A stretch of DNA of 64,000 bases from Camelus dromedarius (GCF_036321535.1 NC_087454.1:32054001-32118000), one strand, 5' to 3'; counted from the stretch's first letter, positions 23,360 through 36,470 are shown. Numbers and translations are program-made. The notes: a model not told the origin generated them from the sequence alone.

Positions 23360-24705
23360 TTTTTGAAAAAAAATAACTTCTAAATTTTAGGGTAGTTTTA
23401 CGTTATAGGAAAGTTATGAAGATACACGGAGTACAGAGAGCCCTTCTCACCCCCAGACCCCTACTATCAACATCTTACACTGGTGTGGTCCTTTCATTAC
23501 AATACATGAACCGATATTGACTCAAGTCAATTAACTGAAGTCCATATTTTATTCAGCTTTCCTTAGTTTTTTATTAATGTCCTTTTATTTGTCCCAGGGT
23601 CCCACTGAGGATACCACATTGCATTTAGCCATCATGTCTCGTTAGGGTCTCCCTGGCTGTGATAGTTCCTTGTTTTTTGATGACCTTGACAGATAGGAGG
23701 AACACTGCTCAGGTATTTGTAAACTGCCCCTCAACTGAGAACTGTCAGATGTTTTTTCTCATGATTAGACGGGGGTTAGGAGTTTCAGGGGAGGAATAAC
23801 ACAGAGGTTAAGTGCCACTTTCCTTACAGCACGTCAAGGGCACATTTTACCTATGTGACTTGTCACTACTGGTGTGAAACTTGACCACCTACCTGAAGTA
23901 GTGTTTGTCAGGTTTCTCCACTGTAAATTCACTCCTCTTCCACCTGCCTTTCCAAACCGTCCTCTTTGGAAGGAAGTCACTGTGTACAGCCTACACTTAA
24001 GGAGTGGGAGTTATGGTCCACCTCCTTTTTTTTCTTGAGGTTGGAGTCTCCATAAGTTAGTTGGAATTTTTCTGCAGGGGATATTTGTCTATTTGATTCT
24101 ATTCTATCCCTTTATTCAGTATTTTATATCAGTACAGACTTATGGATATTTCCAGGTTCCTTTTATATTTTTGGGTTATAATTTGATACTACTCTGTTTA
24201 TCTTGTTACTCAAATTGTTCCAGTTTTGGCCATGGAGAGCTCTTTCCATGAGCTCCTGTATCCCTTTGACATTCAGGATACTACATCATTGTGGGGTATT
24301 TTTTTAAGTACCTTCTTTCTGGCACCATAAGACATTCCAGGCTCATCTTGTATCTTTCCAGCCCCCAGTCCTGGAATCAGCCATTTCTCCAAGGAGCCCG
24401 GCTTTGTTTTATTGGCGAATTGTATTAGAAACAAAGATCTGGGTGCCATATGTGCTGCTTGCTCTTGGGATGTTATTGCTTCTAAGCCCTCCCAGCTGAC
24501 AGAGAAAGGAAATGCACGGGTCTATACCAATCCCTGTATATGGGTATCTATAAATAGCTCTTTATGTAACTCTCTGCATCTATGTTAAGCTAAATCTGAG
24601 TTCATACTTATGTCTCCAAATGTCATCTGTCGCCAGGTGGATCATTGTAGTCTCTTCCCCTTGCTTGCTTGTGACCTCCTTCTCTGACCGTGAGGAACTG
24701 GCTCT
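23360..24705 (-). mobile_element. L1MC-type 3' end, about 1.3 kb
   Basis: GTACAGAGAG..CAACATCTTACA..AACTGAAGTCCATA..GGATACCACATTGCATTTAG..TTTTTGATGACCTTGACAG..GTAGTGTTTGTCAGGTTTCTCCACTGTAAA match the recalled L1MC1/2 3' UTR. Confidence 0.85.
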
Positions 24706-25344
24706 GTGGGTGGTTTTTAAATCACTTTTTTTTCTAATGGAAACATATTATTTTTTATTAGAAAAAATGTTTAAGGGAAAGAAGAGAGGCATGGTTCCTT
24801 AATTTTGATACTGTAAAAACTTAATGCCAAGTACCATTATGAATTCATTAGAAAGATAAATTACATGCTAAAAAGCAGTGAAATGTTAGCAATATTCTAG
24901 ATCAACCTAGAGGAAGCCAGTTTGCATTAAAACATCAGTGGATAGCAATCACATGATAATTCTAGTGAATGTGATTTAAAATAAAGCTTAGTATAAAGTT
25001 GAAAGTAGTGCACTTAGGGACTAAAACAGTAACAACACAATAATCTGTACTGTTTAGCTCATACAGGATTTGTCTTTTCTGATATATCTTAGTCACGATC
25101 AGTTTTCAAGACATGGCACCCAATTGAGTTTCATCCACCTGTCCTCTTGCAGGATAGGACACCAGAAGAACATAAACTTGGACCCAGAACAGCTGAGTTC
25201 TAGGCCAGCTCTACAAGTTACTTCCTGAGTATTTTGGGCAAGACACCTAACTCTCCGAGCCTCAGTTTCCTTGTTCATAAACCTGGCTTCTATTAACCCA
25301 CTAGTTCACTTTGCTCAAATCACTGTTAACCTAAACTCTGTAAT

Positions 25345-25750
25345 TTTTCTGTACTAATTAATGTTGTAATACTAACAATTGTAACAAGTTAACCTGTCAA
25401 ACTTAGCAGTATAAAACAAAAAAGTTTATATCTTGTTCAAGGTTGCCAGTCCACTGTGGATATTCCTGCAGGAACAGGTAGAACACAGAGGTCTATGTCC
25501 ATAAGCCATTCATCCACCTTTAACTCATGGCTTCCAAGGTCATTCCTAAGGCCATTTCCTAGCCAGTCAGCTGGAAGGGGGAGAGAGCCTGGAAGAGCCA
25601 TCTGGAGGGTTTATGGCTCAGTCTGGAAAGAGGCAAACATCACCTCCTCCGACATTCCTTACATTAGAACTTAGTCACAAGAGAGGCTGAATAGTGCAAG
25701 TTAGCTGTGCGTCTAGGGAGAAGAGGAGGTGGGGATGATGATCACGGTGC
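25345..25750. mobile_element. Old MaLR LTR (MLT1J/K-like)
   Basis: CTTAGCAGTATAAAACAA..CATGGCTTCCAAGGTC..GTCTGGAAAGAGGCAAACATCACCTCCTCCGACATTCC..AGAACTTAGTCAC..GGCTG..GCTGTGCGTCTAGGGAGAAGAGG. Confidence 0.7.
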
Positions 25751-26034
25751 AAACTCCTGCATCCCTCTCCTGGATTCTCTTGCCCCACACCCCTGTTGTG
25801 TGTTCAAGGTGAACCTCTGGTACCCTTCTGTCATTTCACATGGGATTTGTTTTTCTGCCACTGACATCTCAAGCAAAGCTGGCTCTGGGGCTTTAAGAAA
25901 ACGCTCTTAAGCTCCATGTGTGATGGCTTTAAGGAGTTTGCACTGGATCTCCCACACCTCTTGGCAAGGCATGTTGTATCCAGGAAGGGCACATCTGAGA
26001 AGGAAAGTTTTAGAGGCAGTTTTGGTCTTTATCA

Positions 26035-26460
26035 TGTTGGATGTTTCCAGTTGCAACTAGTTTAAATACTAAGGCCACTTCTTATCTCACATGACAGGAG
26101 GTCCAGAAGAATGGCCATTATAGAGCCAAATAGTTTAGAGGTTCAAGGGTGGTCATTAGGAATCCACGTCCTCTTCCTGATTCTGCTTTACCCACCCCTA
26201 GAGCATGGGCTTGGACCCCTGCTAGATCCTCGGGCAACACATCCAGGTGAAGCAAGATCCCAAGGGAAAGGAAGCTGCCTCTTTCTCTGCATCTCTTCTA
26301 AGAGTGAAGAAGTATTTCCCAGAAGATCTCCAACAGATTCCCTCTTAAGTTGCATTTCCCGTGCTAGTGTCTAAATCAATCACTGGTGAGAGGAATGGTA
26401 ACATAGTAATTGGCTTAGACCAATCTGGACTCACGCTGGGGCTGGGAATGGGGCCAGCCT
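26035..26460. mobile_element. Old MaLR LTR (MLT1K/L-like)
   Basis: CCAGTTGCAAC..TCTCACATGACAGGAGGTCCAG..CCCAGAAG..CCAACAGATTCCCTC..AATCACTGG..GGAATGG..ATTGGCTTAGACCAATC. Confidence 0.7.
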
Positions 26461-28544
26461 CCTCGCTGAGCATTTTGTCATATGGGAGTTTATATGGGGT
26501 TTATCTTGTCAGTTTGTCTTGTGTTTTGCTTTAAACAAAAGTTTCTTTAGGACGCATGGGGTGATGGCAAGGATGTTTGGATGTTGGGCATCTAACACTA
26601 ACTTTGGTTCTGAGCTTTTCTTTCGGGAGCAAATTAGTTTTTGGAGACCACATTTTCTGAATGGAAAATAGAGCTATAATCTGACAAAGGAAATGCTTGT
26701 CTGATTTGTCATGTATTTATGTTAAGAAACTTTATAATGGTACACAAAGGATATCTGATATCTTTAAAAATTGCCTTAATTTAAGTAGGATATACATGTA
26801 CAAGTCTTACTCTCCTAGAAAATCCACTCTGATCACCGTATCTGTGTAGAATGAAACTGACTGACCCAAAGAGTCCGTGCAAACATCTTGCCTTAGTGAA
26901 AATTATAAGAGGTTTGGGAAGGATTTGCCTCAATTGATAATCTAAAATTCATCATATATAAGATTGTGCATCGAATGTGGCTTACAGGTTTAGTCTCACT
27001 GACACGCTGCTGCTCCCTGTATTCTTAAAACCTAAAGTAAGCACCGTTCTCATTGTGACAGTGAAATATCCACACTGCATATTCAAAAAAGGAACAAAAG
27101 GGTGTAGGCATCCAGTTATATACCATTTATAAATAAATCATCAGGACTGTATTTTTGCCAGAACTACTGTTTTCCTACGGTGGAACATGGTTAAAGTTCT
27201 GAAGCAGGTTTCAGGCAATCAAGGTTCTGCTTTTGTCTTAATCATTAGTTAGTTTCTCCTCCTGCTTCACTCCTGTGTCACCTTGGTCCAATCATTAAAT
27301 GTCAGTACCCCTTACATTTGTATCTGTAAACGAATGCAAAACATTAGAATTGAGCTAACGTGGTATTAATTTCACTCCAGTTGTGATGCCGTGATCTTCT
27401 GGAACTCGAGTTCATGGAGTTCCTTGCTAGGTTTGCTACATCTTAACAAGAGTAATCTCTGATTTCCTACTAAATCTCAGCTCCCCTTTCCAGGTTACTG
27501 TTTACATATTATCAAGTGCAATCTCTGAGGACTGGGAGTGGCCCCCACATACAGCGCGATCACAAGCTTTGCTGTTGGCCTAGAAAAAGGCGGAAAGAGG
27601 CTGGAAAAATACTTAGAATACTGTGGCCACAGGGGAGAGTCTGGACTGAAGATTAAAAATTGCCTGTCAAAATACAGTACAGTGCAGAGTCTTATTGGAT
27701 CAATGCACAAAGATGGGGTGCTGCTTTGTGCTCATTCAATTTTTAATCATTTAAATAAACATTTTTTAATGTAGGTAGAAGTAGAACACACTTTTAAAAA
27801 AAGTATCTTTGAATTTAATTTTGTTTTTTCTTTTTAAATCCACATGCAGTACACATCAATCAGGTTTACTCTACAAAAGCTGAAGGATTTCCTACATATT
27901 TCCCCCTCAGTCCTTTTTTAATTTTAATTTTTTATTTAAAAAATTTTTTTTACCTTCCCTCCTTTTTTTCCCCCCCTCTTCTTCCCTCCTTCCCTTCCTT
28001 CCAATAGGAATTCTTTTTTTCCTCAAATATTCCTAGCAAGGTGTTCTGCTAATTACTCTAGAAAATCACTCTCTTTTCTTTGGGAAGAACTCAGTAGGAT
28101 ATTTCTTTCATATTGTTTGTTACGAAGTTACACATTCTCCACAAAGTTTGTGCTCATATTCAAAACAGGTTGTTGGTTACCAAACTGGGCTTTTGGTGGT
28201 ACATACTGGACCCAGGGAGAAACCTGCTCTTAAAGGAGCAGTGCTCATGAATTACTGTGCTCATCGCTTTCAGGCCTGACTGTGAAGACACGTCCTATTT
28301 CCCGAAAAGGCAGTCTCCCATCACAGCCTGGTCAAATAAAGAATTTTATGAGGCCATTTGTTGAGTGGAAGTGGGCACAGTACTTGCAGGGAAGAGGTGT
28401 TCTAACTGGGAGGCAGCAGGGACGTCGCCCTTGTTACAACGCCACCTTTATTATCGCAGCATCAGATACCAACAGTGATGTCACTGCAAAGGGAACAGCA
28501 ACAGATGACAACAACACTCCCCGCCTGCCAACAGCGGCCCTCGC

Positions 28545-28558
28545 CCAGCAGGTGGGGG
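28545..28558 (+). promoter_or_regulatory. Candidate CTCF site in a CpG-retaining patch
   Basis: CCAGCAGGTGGGGG has one mismatch to the core CCASYAGRKGGC. Surrounding 28290-28740 keeps many CpGs. Confidence 0.4.
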
Positions 28559-29689
28559 AGAAAGAGAGGCTTAAACAGCGAGAGGGTGCAGAGGACCCCG
28601 CAGAAAGGACGTTGCCACTGATGTTGTTTTAAATGACGGCACACTGTGATAATAAAAAGCAGACCAGATTTTAGTCAGTCTTGTGATTTCTCTAAATATT
28701 TTACAACCAGTGCTATTACTACCTACATTCGAGGTGGGGGCTTCCACAGCTCTGCCAGGGTGGGGATCACACCTGCTATGCCAGTGCTCCCAGGATTTGC
28801 AACTCTGATTTGTGAGCAGTTTTCCATTCTGCATGTTCAATTCTGCATATTGCTGAAAATATTGGGGTGGAATATTTGGGATGAAAGCATGAAAGACCTA
28901 GTTGCTTTACTCATATGATTATCACCTCGGCCCCTTAGGTTACTCCCCATCCCCCCACCTCCCAGAATGGTGTAGACATTGAGAAGAGAGACATGGAAAA
29001 ACCCGCCTCCTGCTGCAGTGGAACCTGCCTATGACTTAATTTCCAATAGAGTTTTCACGCTGGGGAAAACACATTTCTTCAGAAAGAAATATAAGTGAAA
29101 TGGCATCAGGCATCAAACTCAGACTACTTATAAGTGCATTTGACATTCAAAAATTTGGTCTTCAGCCTGTCAAGCCAAGAGAGGAATTCCACTGTGACCT
29201 TTGGGAAAATTTCAACCTTCCAGCCAGGAAAGGCAATACAAACATAAATGAATTAATGCTCAAGTGGAAATAAAAAAAAAATCATATGACCATTCACATG
29301 GTCTACATGAACCACCATGCATGTCCAGAAAACTTGCGACTAAACATCTGGAGATTCAGTCATCTTGTAGACATAAACAAAAGCAACAGGCCTTTATAAA
29401 AACGGTGAGGAAACCTCTTTTTGTGAGCCCTCATCTTTGGCAAAGTGCCCCTCCTTTGCCGAGCAGCTGTAAGATTTAGTGCAGCCTTTCTTCTATTGTG
29501 TAGAAATAATCAGTATGTCCTTCCTACCTAGACTATGGTTTTCATGAAGGCAATGCACCCCATCTTTCTAGAAGGGTGCTGGCATGGAATAACTATATAG
29601 TAGCTTAATAGCTACTTAACTCATTCCAGAATTGCTCTCCCAGTGAAAGAAAAATACAGAGGGAAATAGGACAAGTATATGTGTCACTA

Positions 29690-30430
29690 AGGATAAGACA
29701 CAACAACCTTTGACCTCAAGTCCCTGTGGCTGATGACACAGGTCTGTGCTCCTGTTTGCTTATGTGCATTGTCCATTTCCTTTTCTTACCAAGTGTCTTT
29801 TTGTTTGGCCCTCCTATCCACCCTGTCACCAGCCTCAGCTCTCCCGGTTTTCCAGTTCTTGGAATTTACCTTCCTCTTTTTCAGTGCTATGTGTTTCTGA
29901 TAACGCTTCTCTTTTAGGTGATTTTCAAGATCTAAACAATATTCATTGTATCTGGGGTGTAAATTCAAGGGCAGAAGTAGCAAAAGATGAGGCTGAAGAA
30001 ATGAGCAGGTGCAAGAACATAAAGGAGATTGGAAACCGGGTTCATTTGCACGCTGACTGAAGACTTAGTGAACAAGCAAAATCTGCAAAGCCTCCAAGGC
30101 AAGCTGGACAGGACAGCTCCTTTCTTGGCGACCACATTGCCGGGGGAGTGGAAGAGGAGAAGGTTCTTCCTCAGAGCAGTGGGAGTTCACTGGAGTGTCA
30201 CGGGAACAGACTGGGTTCTAGAGCACAGCTTCCTACAGTGTAGACAGTGAACTAGGGGGTGCAAGAGTGAAGACTGGGTGATCCTTTGGGAGGTCGGTGC
30301 AGGCTGAGCCAATGGCAAGAGCAGTCTGGATCAAGGTAATAAGGACAGGGATGGTGGGAAATGAAAGAATTTGAGAGTCTCTTACAAGTGAAAGTAGATG
30401 CAATTTGGTGCTGGATTAAATGTGGATGTG
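29690..30430 (-). mobile_element. Degraded L2
   Basis: CAAAAGATGAGGCTG..AGCAGGTGC..CAGTGGGAGTTCACTGGAG..GGGTGCAAGAGTGAAGACTGGG..GATGCAATTTGGTG..TGGATT. Confidence 0.55.
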
Positions 30431-32595
30431 TACACTGAAAACAGAGAATACACCTCCTTAGTGCACCTCAGCGCACAAAGAGACGCATGAAAGCAATGTC
30501 AGTAACATGTCCCATCAGTTTCACGGGTGATGGCAATGCACACAGTAGAATCCTGGTCTCTGGACAGACACATCTGGTTCAAAGCCCTCAGATCGTTCCT
30601 CTGCCTCCTTCTAGTGGAATCACCTTGGACAAGATATTTAATAACCGTTCTATGCTTCAGCCTTTTCATCTGTAACAGGCTGTCCGTAACAGGGATAATA
30701 AAAGCTCACACCTCGTATGCCAGTGTGCAGATTAAGCAGAATACTGACTGTAAATATTCAAATACCTTAATAGAAGGATGCATGTTACGTAGAGTTATGT
30801 GAAAATTATTAGATGTGCTTCTTGCCTTCAAAATACATAGAATGAAAGGAATTACTTCATTAGTAAGGAATACTTCATTCTAAAAGCTGTGTCTAAGTGT
30901 ATCAATAGATACGTTTAGATTATTTACATGGTTGTAGATACTTAAAAAGGTGTAGGTTAAGGGGAGAAGTTTACAGTAACAGGCAGAGAACCCCAGCTAT
31001 GTTGAACGTTTATGCTAAATAGTATGCTAGTTACTTTATATTTGTTATTTAATTAATGTCTAAAGACTCCGTGACATCTATATCACTCACTCACAATTAA
31101 CGGATACTAGACCTAAGGTTCAAAGGGTTAGGAATGACTGGAATTTGAAGTCAGGACTGCCTACTTTAAAGCCCCAGCTCATTCTGACATTCAGGCTGCT
31201 GTGTAGAATTTTCTGTGTTCTTAGCCTATCTTGGATTTTTCCTTATTTAGACAAATTGCCTATCTGTTGGCTTTTTCTTGCTTTGCCTCTCCATGTATCC
31301 AAGGGAAATACTCCTTCACCTTGTCAGATTTGCCCTAGGAAAAAAAGACCTTTGTTTAATGATTTCCATTCTCTTAATGGAAAGGGAAGGCTTTCTACAG
31401 CTAGGAGAATTCAGGAGTCCTCTTTAGGAAATGAATGTAGAAGGAAGACTTTAGAACATGCTGGTCAAAAGGAAAAATATGACCTACAAAATAATCGTTT
31501 TCAGGTCCTGCAAGATTTCATTTAATTTATGTTTCTTTGACTTAAGCTCTGGTCTATTAGATCACAGGGAGCAATTTTAGTAATTAGTTCTCCTTTCAGT
31601 CCCTCAGTCATTTCTGTTTTGTGGCATGTAACGATTTCTTGAGGAAAGGACAGCTTCTACCCCACATTTCTTAAAAGAAGAAACCACACACACACACACG
31701 CATAATTCTCTATTTTTACACTTTTATCAAAGTAAAATCAAACAGTACACAGAACTTCTAATGGAAAGCAAGGCTCCCTGCTCTAAAAATTCCAACTCTC
31801 AGTCTCACTCCTGAGAAATAACTTACTACTTTCTTAGCCCTTTTTCTGGGAGATTTCTTCATACCTCTAAATAATGGTTATAAAGCTCTATTTTGGGATT
31901 AACCATTTTAGACCAAAGTCTTTTTCAATTGCTTCTTTTAATGTTCCCACAAAATTAAGTCAATTATTTTATAAAAATAGCTTTTAATTATAGTTATTGC
32001 TTCAAAACATAATAAGTATGCATTATTAAAAACATTAAAATGCATATAAGCAATGATGATAAAAATAGCTTCATTTGTTACAATTTTTGTACCAAATGGA
32101 TTTATTTTAATTTATTTAACCATCCTCCTATTGGTACATACTTGGCTTAGCTACAAATTTCTGCCTTCATAAATGATTAAAAAAAAACCCTGTTGCTAAA
32201 TTTGAACACACATGTACTTAGTTTCCTAGGAAAAGTTCCTCATAATATAGTTTCTAGCACAGTTTTTTGGGTTTTGGGGTTTTTGGTATTAGTTATTGAA
32301 ACATATTGTTAAACTTCCTTCCAGAAAGTCTGCACCAATTTATTTTTCCACTAGAAGAGGGATCAGTAAACTTTTTCTGTAAAGGACCAGATAGTAAATA
32401 TTTTAGATTTATGGGCCAATGGAAAAATTGAGGATATTAGACAGTACTTATAGAACAAGAGAGAAACACAAATTCCCATACACATTTAATTAACAAAATT
32501 CAAAATATAATAAGAATAAAGTAGAAATTTTTTGTAACACAGCTGCTAATAAAAAGAATAGATTTCTTCTGGGGCAATAACATTTTGCTTAGTTG

Positions 32596-33212
32596 TATAT
32601 GATAGGCAGAATTATGACTTTAAAAATATGTTCACATCCTAATCCTTGGATCCTTTACATATGATATACAGCAAAAGGGAAGTGACAGATAAAAGCAAAA
32701 CCATGGAAGTTAAAATAGGGAGATTGGCCTGGGTTATTCATCTGGGCTTACTTTAATCAAATGAACTCTTCAAAGCACAGGGAACACCCTTAGGCTGAAG
32801 ACAGAGGATGCAGTGGAAGAAGTGGTAGAGATTAGAAACATGCGAAGGATTTGACCCTCTATTGGTGGAGGGGCCACACAGAAAGCACGAGAAAGAACCT
32901 GGGGAGCGTCTAGGAGCCAAGATTGGCCCCTGGCCAACAGTCAGCAAGGAAATGAGGGTCTCAGTTCCACAACCACACAGAACTGAATTTGTCCAACAAC
33001 TGAATGAGTTTAGAAGTGGAACTGTTCCCAGGACTTGCAGAAAGGAATACAGTATTGCAGACACCATGATTTCGGCCTTGTGAGACTTTAAGCAGAGCCA
33101 TGCTGCAGCTTAGACTTCTGACTTACAAAACTGTGAGATAATAAATGGGCATTGCTTTAACCAACTAAGTTGTGGTAATTAATTTGTTACAGCGGGGACA
33201 GTAAACCCACAA
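32596..33212 (+). mobile_element. MLT1D/E-type MaLR solo LTR nested in Cheshire
   Basis: TGATAGGCAGAAT..CACATCCTAATCC..CAGCAAGGAAATGAGGGTCTCAGTT..GAACTGAATTTGTCCAACAAC..TGTGAGATAATAAATG..TTTGTTACAGC. Flanks AGTTG/TGTTG fit a 5-bp TSD. Confidence 0.9.
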
Positions 33213-34516
33213 TGTTGGGGTTTCAAATTTTGTGTTTTCTATCATCAAAACTGGTTGCAAATGTTTATCTGTTAATGTTGATCTGAAACGAGATTTTGTA
33301 TATTTCATCTATGAAATGTCTTTTCACACAGATAGGTACTGCCAAATACTGGTAACAAGTCACAAACATGCGATTTTTAATTGAACACATTCATCTCTTG
33401 GGAAGAACTTATAGACTCTATTACATTGCCTTCTTGGTGTCTGACTTTTAACATGCCATTATATTGCAGATTAATAACTTCCAATTTGAAGGTTAGATGG
33501 AAGCTCCTCAGTTAACACAGTTAAATTGATTTGAAAGTATGGAAATCTCCCTTGCACTTTCATCAAGGTCAGGAAAATGCTACTGTGATTGTAGTTTTAG
33601 CTCTGAACTGCAATTTAGCCCACTACCAATCTGTCTAAGAATGGAGACCTCGCTTGGTGTTTTAACTTCTGACAGCATAGGACTATAAAAAAGTTACTTG
33701 TGATTCCAACAACTTCAGTTGTTGTGGAAACGACCATAATGTAAGTGCTCTTTTGCCTTTGTTCTTATTCACGAAGAAACATTATCAAGTTAACAGCAAA
33801 CCTAATTTCAAAACTGCTCAGTATTTGATCACAGTGCTTAAGAGAAGTTCTTTTCATTCAGAAAAATTTCTTTCTTGGTTACGAGTCCACAAACATCCAG
33901 TGACAATGATTAAGTCCACAAAAGTGAGTGGAATTCACTGTTGACACCACTGGTTTAGTAACACCTGATGGATTGAAATATTTTATGCAAATAACTGCTT
34001 CTGAATAGCACAGTGAATAACCTTAAGCTTGAGCACTTTAATTCTTCACAAGCTCTGTGAATTAATAAAAAAAAGCCAAGCCCTTTTCTGCTCCACACGT
34101 TCTTACCACCATCGGTAGTAACACATCTTAGCAGATTCCATTTCAGGTTGTACTGAATTAGTTTTTCTCAACTTCCTTGAAAACGTTCTCACTTCTATTT
34201 GTTCCATGCAGATTATTCAAAGAAAATAATTCTTCAGCCACTTAAAATTTATCACCGATTTCACTGATAAGCAACAACAGACTAGTATTGATAACATTGT
34301 TTGACTCATCAAGATCACTTGCCTTGTTTTTAATTGACTATTGGTGTTGTTCCCAATGTTTTCAACTCTTTGAGAAACTGTTTTTGCCTAAAAGTTGATA
34401 CTTAATTACTTTCTTTCATTACATTTCTTCAATCGCTAAGCCAACATTGGTAAATAGATTTCTTGCTTGGCTAATAAATGAGCTCCTGAGAAATTTAGTT
34501 GCAGCCTCATTTTAGG

Positions 34517-34520
<4 letters not shown>

Positions 34521-34547
<27 letters not shown>
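34521..34547. repeat. (GT)13 microsatellite
   Basis: Read directly; lies inside the Cheshire transposase remnant. Confidence 0.95.
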
Positions 34548-36254
34548 AAGAAATGCTGTTGTGATTAGTTATTCCATTTACATTTTTCTACTTTTTCTGA
34601 TTGTTGCTTTCCATGAGTTGGAGATGTGATGAGTGCATAGTCTGAAAATATCAACACTTCTTCAGCACTGCTATACTGTCATTGCTTAATAAAAAAGATA
34701 TTTTGCGATCTAATTTGATAATGAAATAATCCATGGTCCACTGTATGATTAGATTGCAATACTTGTCTACTTTTTTCTTCTTTTCCTATTTTGATACGGA
34801 ATGAAATGGTAATAAAATTAATGTGGTACAGTGATATGCAAGACACCAGAAACATTGTAGAATTAGTACTGTCACTGTGATTTGTAGTGAACCAAGCAAT
34901 GGTGCAAAGCAATGAGAGTGCAACATATGGTCTGTGTCACAGCTACTCAACTCTGCTGTTGGAGCATGAATGCCGCCACAGACAATGAGTAAATGAATGG
35001 GTGTGGCTGATTTCTAATAAAACTTTCATTATGGACAGTGACATTTGCATTTCATATAGTTTACACATGCCACAAATAATCATTTTTTCCTTTGATTTGA
35101 CTTCAGTAATCCAAAAGGGAAAGGCCCATTCTTAGCTCGTAATTCATACCAAAAGAGATGCCGAGATTTGGCTGTAGTTTGCAGACCTCTGTATAAGAAT
35201 ATCCTTGGATAAAAAAATCAGAATTTTCAAATAAGTTTAAACTGCTAAATCATCACCATTTCTTTTTTTTTTCTTTTTTTTTTTGAAATATACATCAGTG
35301 AAAAATGGGTAAGAATGGAGAGTATGGAGGTGAGGGAAGAAGCACATTGACTTATTTCTCAGGGTAAGTCTGCTGACAGATGAACTAATGAACCAAGAAT
35401 TCTGTGTCCCTATGAGCAGACGGCCATAGAATAATGTAAATAAAAAGTGACATTTGTGGGGGGTTTTTTCCCTTTAACTTTTATTATTTTAGTTTGAGGG
35501 AAAGCTTCAGATCAAGAAAGTGAGAATGTCTGAAGAGAAAAGCATCACATGTATAGGAGGAACTTAAACATTCTCACCGCTACTCTCTGTAGTTACTACG
35601 TTTTGCTTTGCTTTTGTCATTTGCACAAATGAGAAGATGTGTCCTAGATTTTTGTTATTCCTGTTCTTTTCTAAAAGTGCAAATAGGAATTCCTTTACGT
35701 TAATAGTCTAGTGATCTTAAAGAGGTGATAAGAAGAATCTCTTTACCTTAATACTCTAAGCTTCAGCTCCTCTTAAGTTTCAGAATTTTATTGAAAATGC
35801 AAAAGAGCTGTTTGTAGCAAAGTCCACTTTAAGCAGAGATGGAACAGCCTAGTATTTAAAGCACTGAAATGGGAGACATGGAGGCTGCTCCCAATTCCAC
35901 TCCCATTACTTACCCACCTGCCCAGCCACCCCCTCCTGTGCTGTCTTATCTGTGTAGTGAGGTGACATAGCATTTATTTTAAGACAGAACAAGCTCCAGC
36001 CTAGAAAAATTGTGAAATGGGATTTGGTGTTCATCCCTTGGGGCCTCCCCCGGTGCTTCCCTCCTCTGGCCTATCTGACACTTTCAGAAGCCCCAACACC
36101 CAGATTCTCATACCCAGTCCTTGTCTTCATTCCCTATGACATGTACTCAAACCAGCACCTCTATGCTTTTAAGTGATGCAATAGCAAGTTCAATAAAGTC
36201 GTGCTGTCATAACACCACTTATTAATACAACAATGATAATGTTAATAATGTTGA

Positions 36255-36470
36255 TCATAATAATTACAATTTATGGCACCCTCACTAAGATCCAGGGCCT
36301 TTGCATGCACTATTTGATTTAATCCTCATGCAAGTCCTGGGTGGGCAGTACTCACTGGTCCATAGGGTTCTAGACTCCAAGAGGATAAGTGACTTTCTTA
36401 AGTTCTCATCACCACTAGATGGCAGAGCCTAGGTTCAAACCCAGATCTTCCTTGTTCCAAAGCCTGCATA
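36255..36470 (-). mobile_element. MIR SINE carrying a CTCF-like motif
   Basis: TTTAATCCTCA..AAGTGACTT..GGCAGAGCCTAGGTTCAAACCCAGATCT is the reverse MIR consensus. Confidence 0.8.
36412..36425 (+). promoter_or_regulatory. Candidate CTCF site (MIR-derived)
   Basis: CCACTAGATGGCAG is an exact fit to the core consensus CCASYAGRKGGCR. Confidence 0.5.

Larger units (their letters stand above)
32357..35191 (-). mobile_element. Cheshire (MER58-ended hAT-Charlie) DNA transposon with a fossil transposase on the minus strand
   Basis: MER58 ends GAGGGATCAGTAAACTTTTTCTGTAAAGGACCAGATAGTAAATATTTTAG and GTAGTTTGCAGACCTCTG. The interior matches a Charlie-type transposase in reverse and is broken by stops. 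Decayed 8-bp TSD CACTAGAA/TATAAGAA. Confidence 0.8.
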
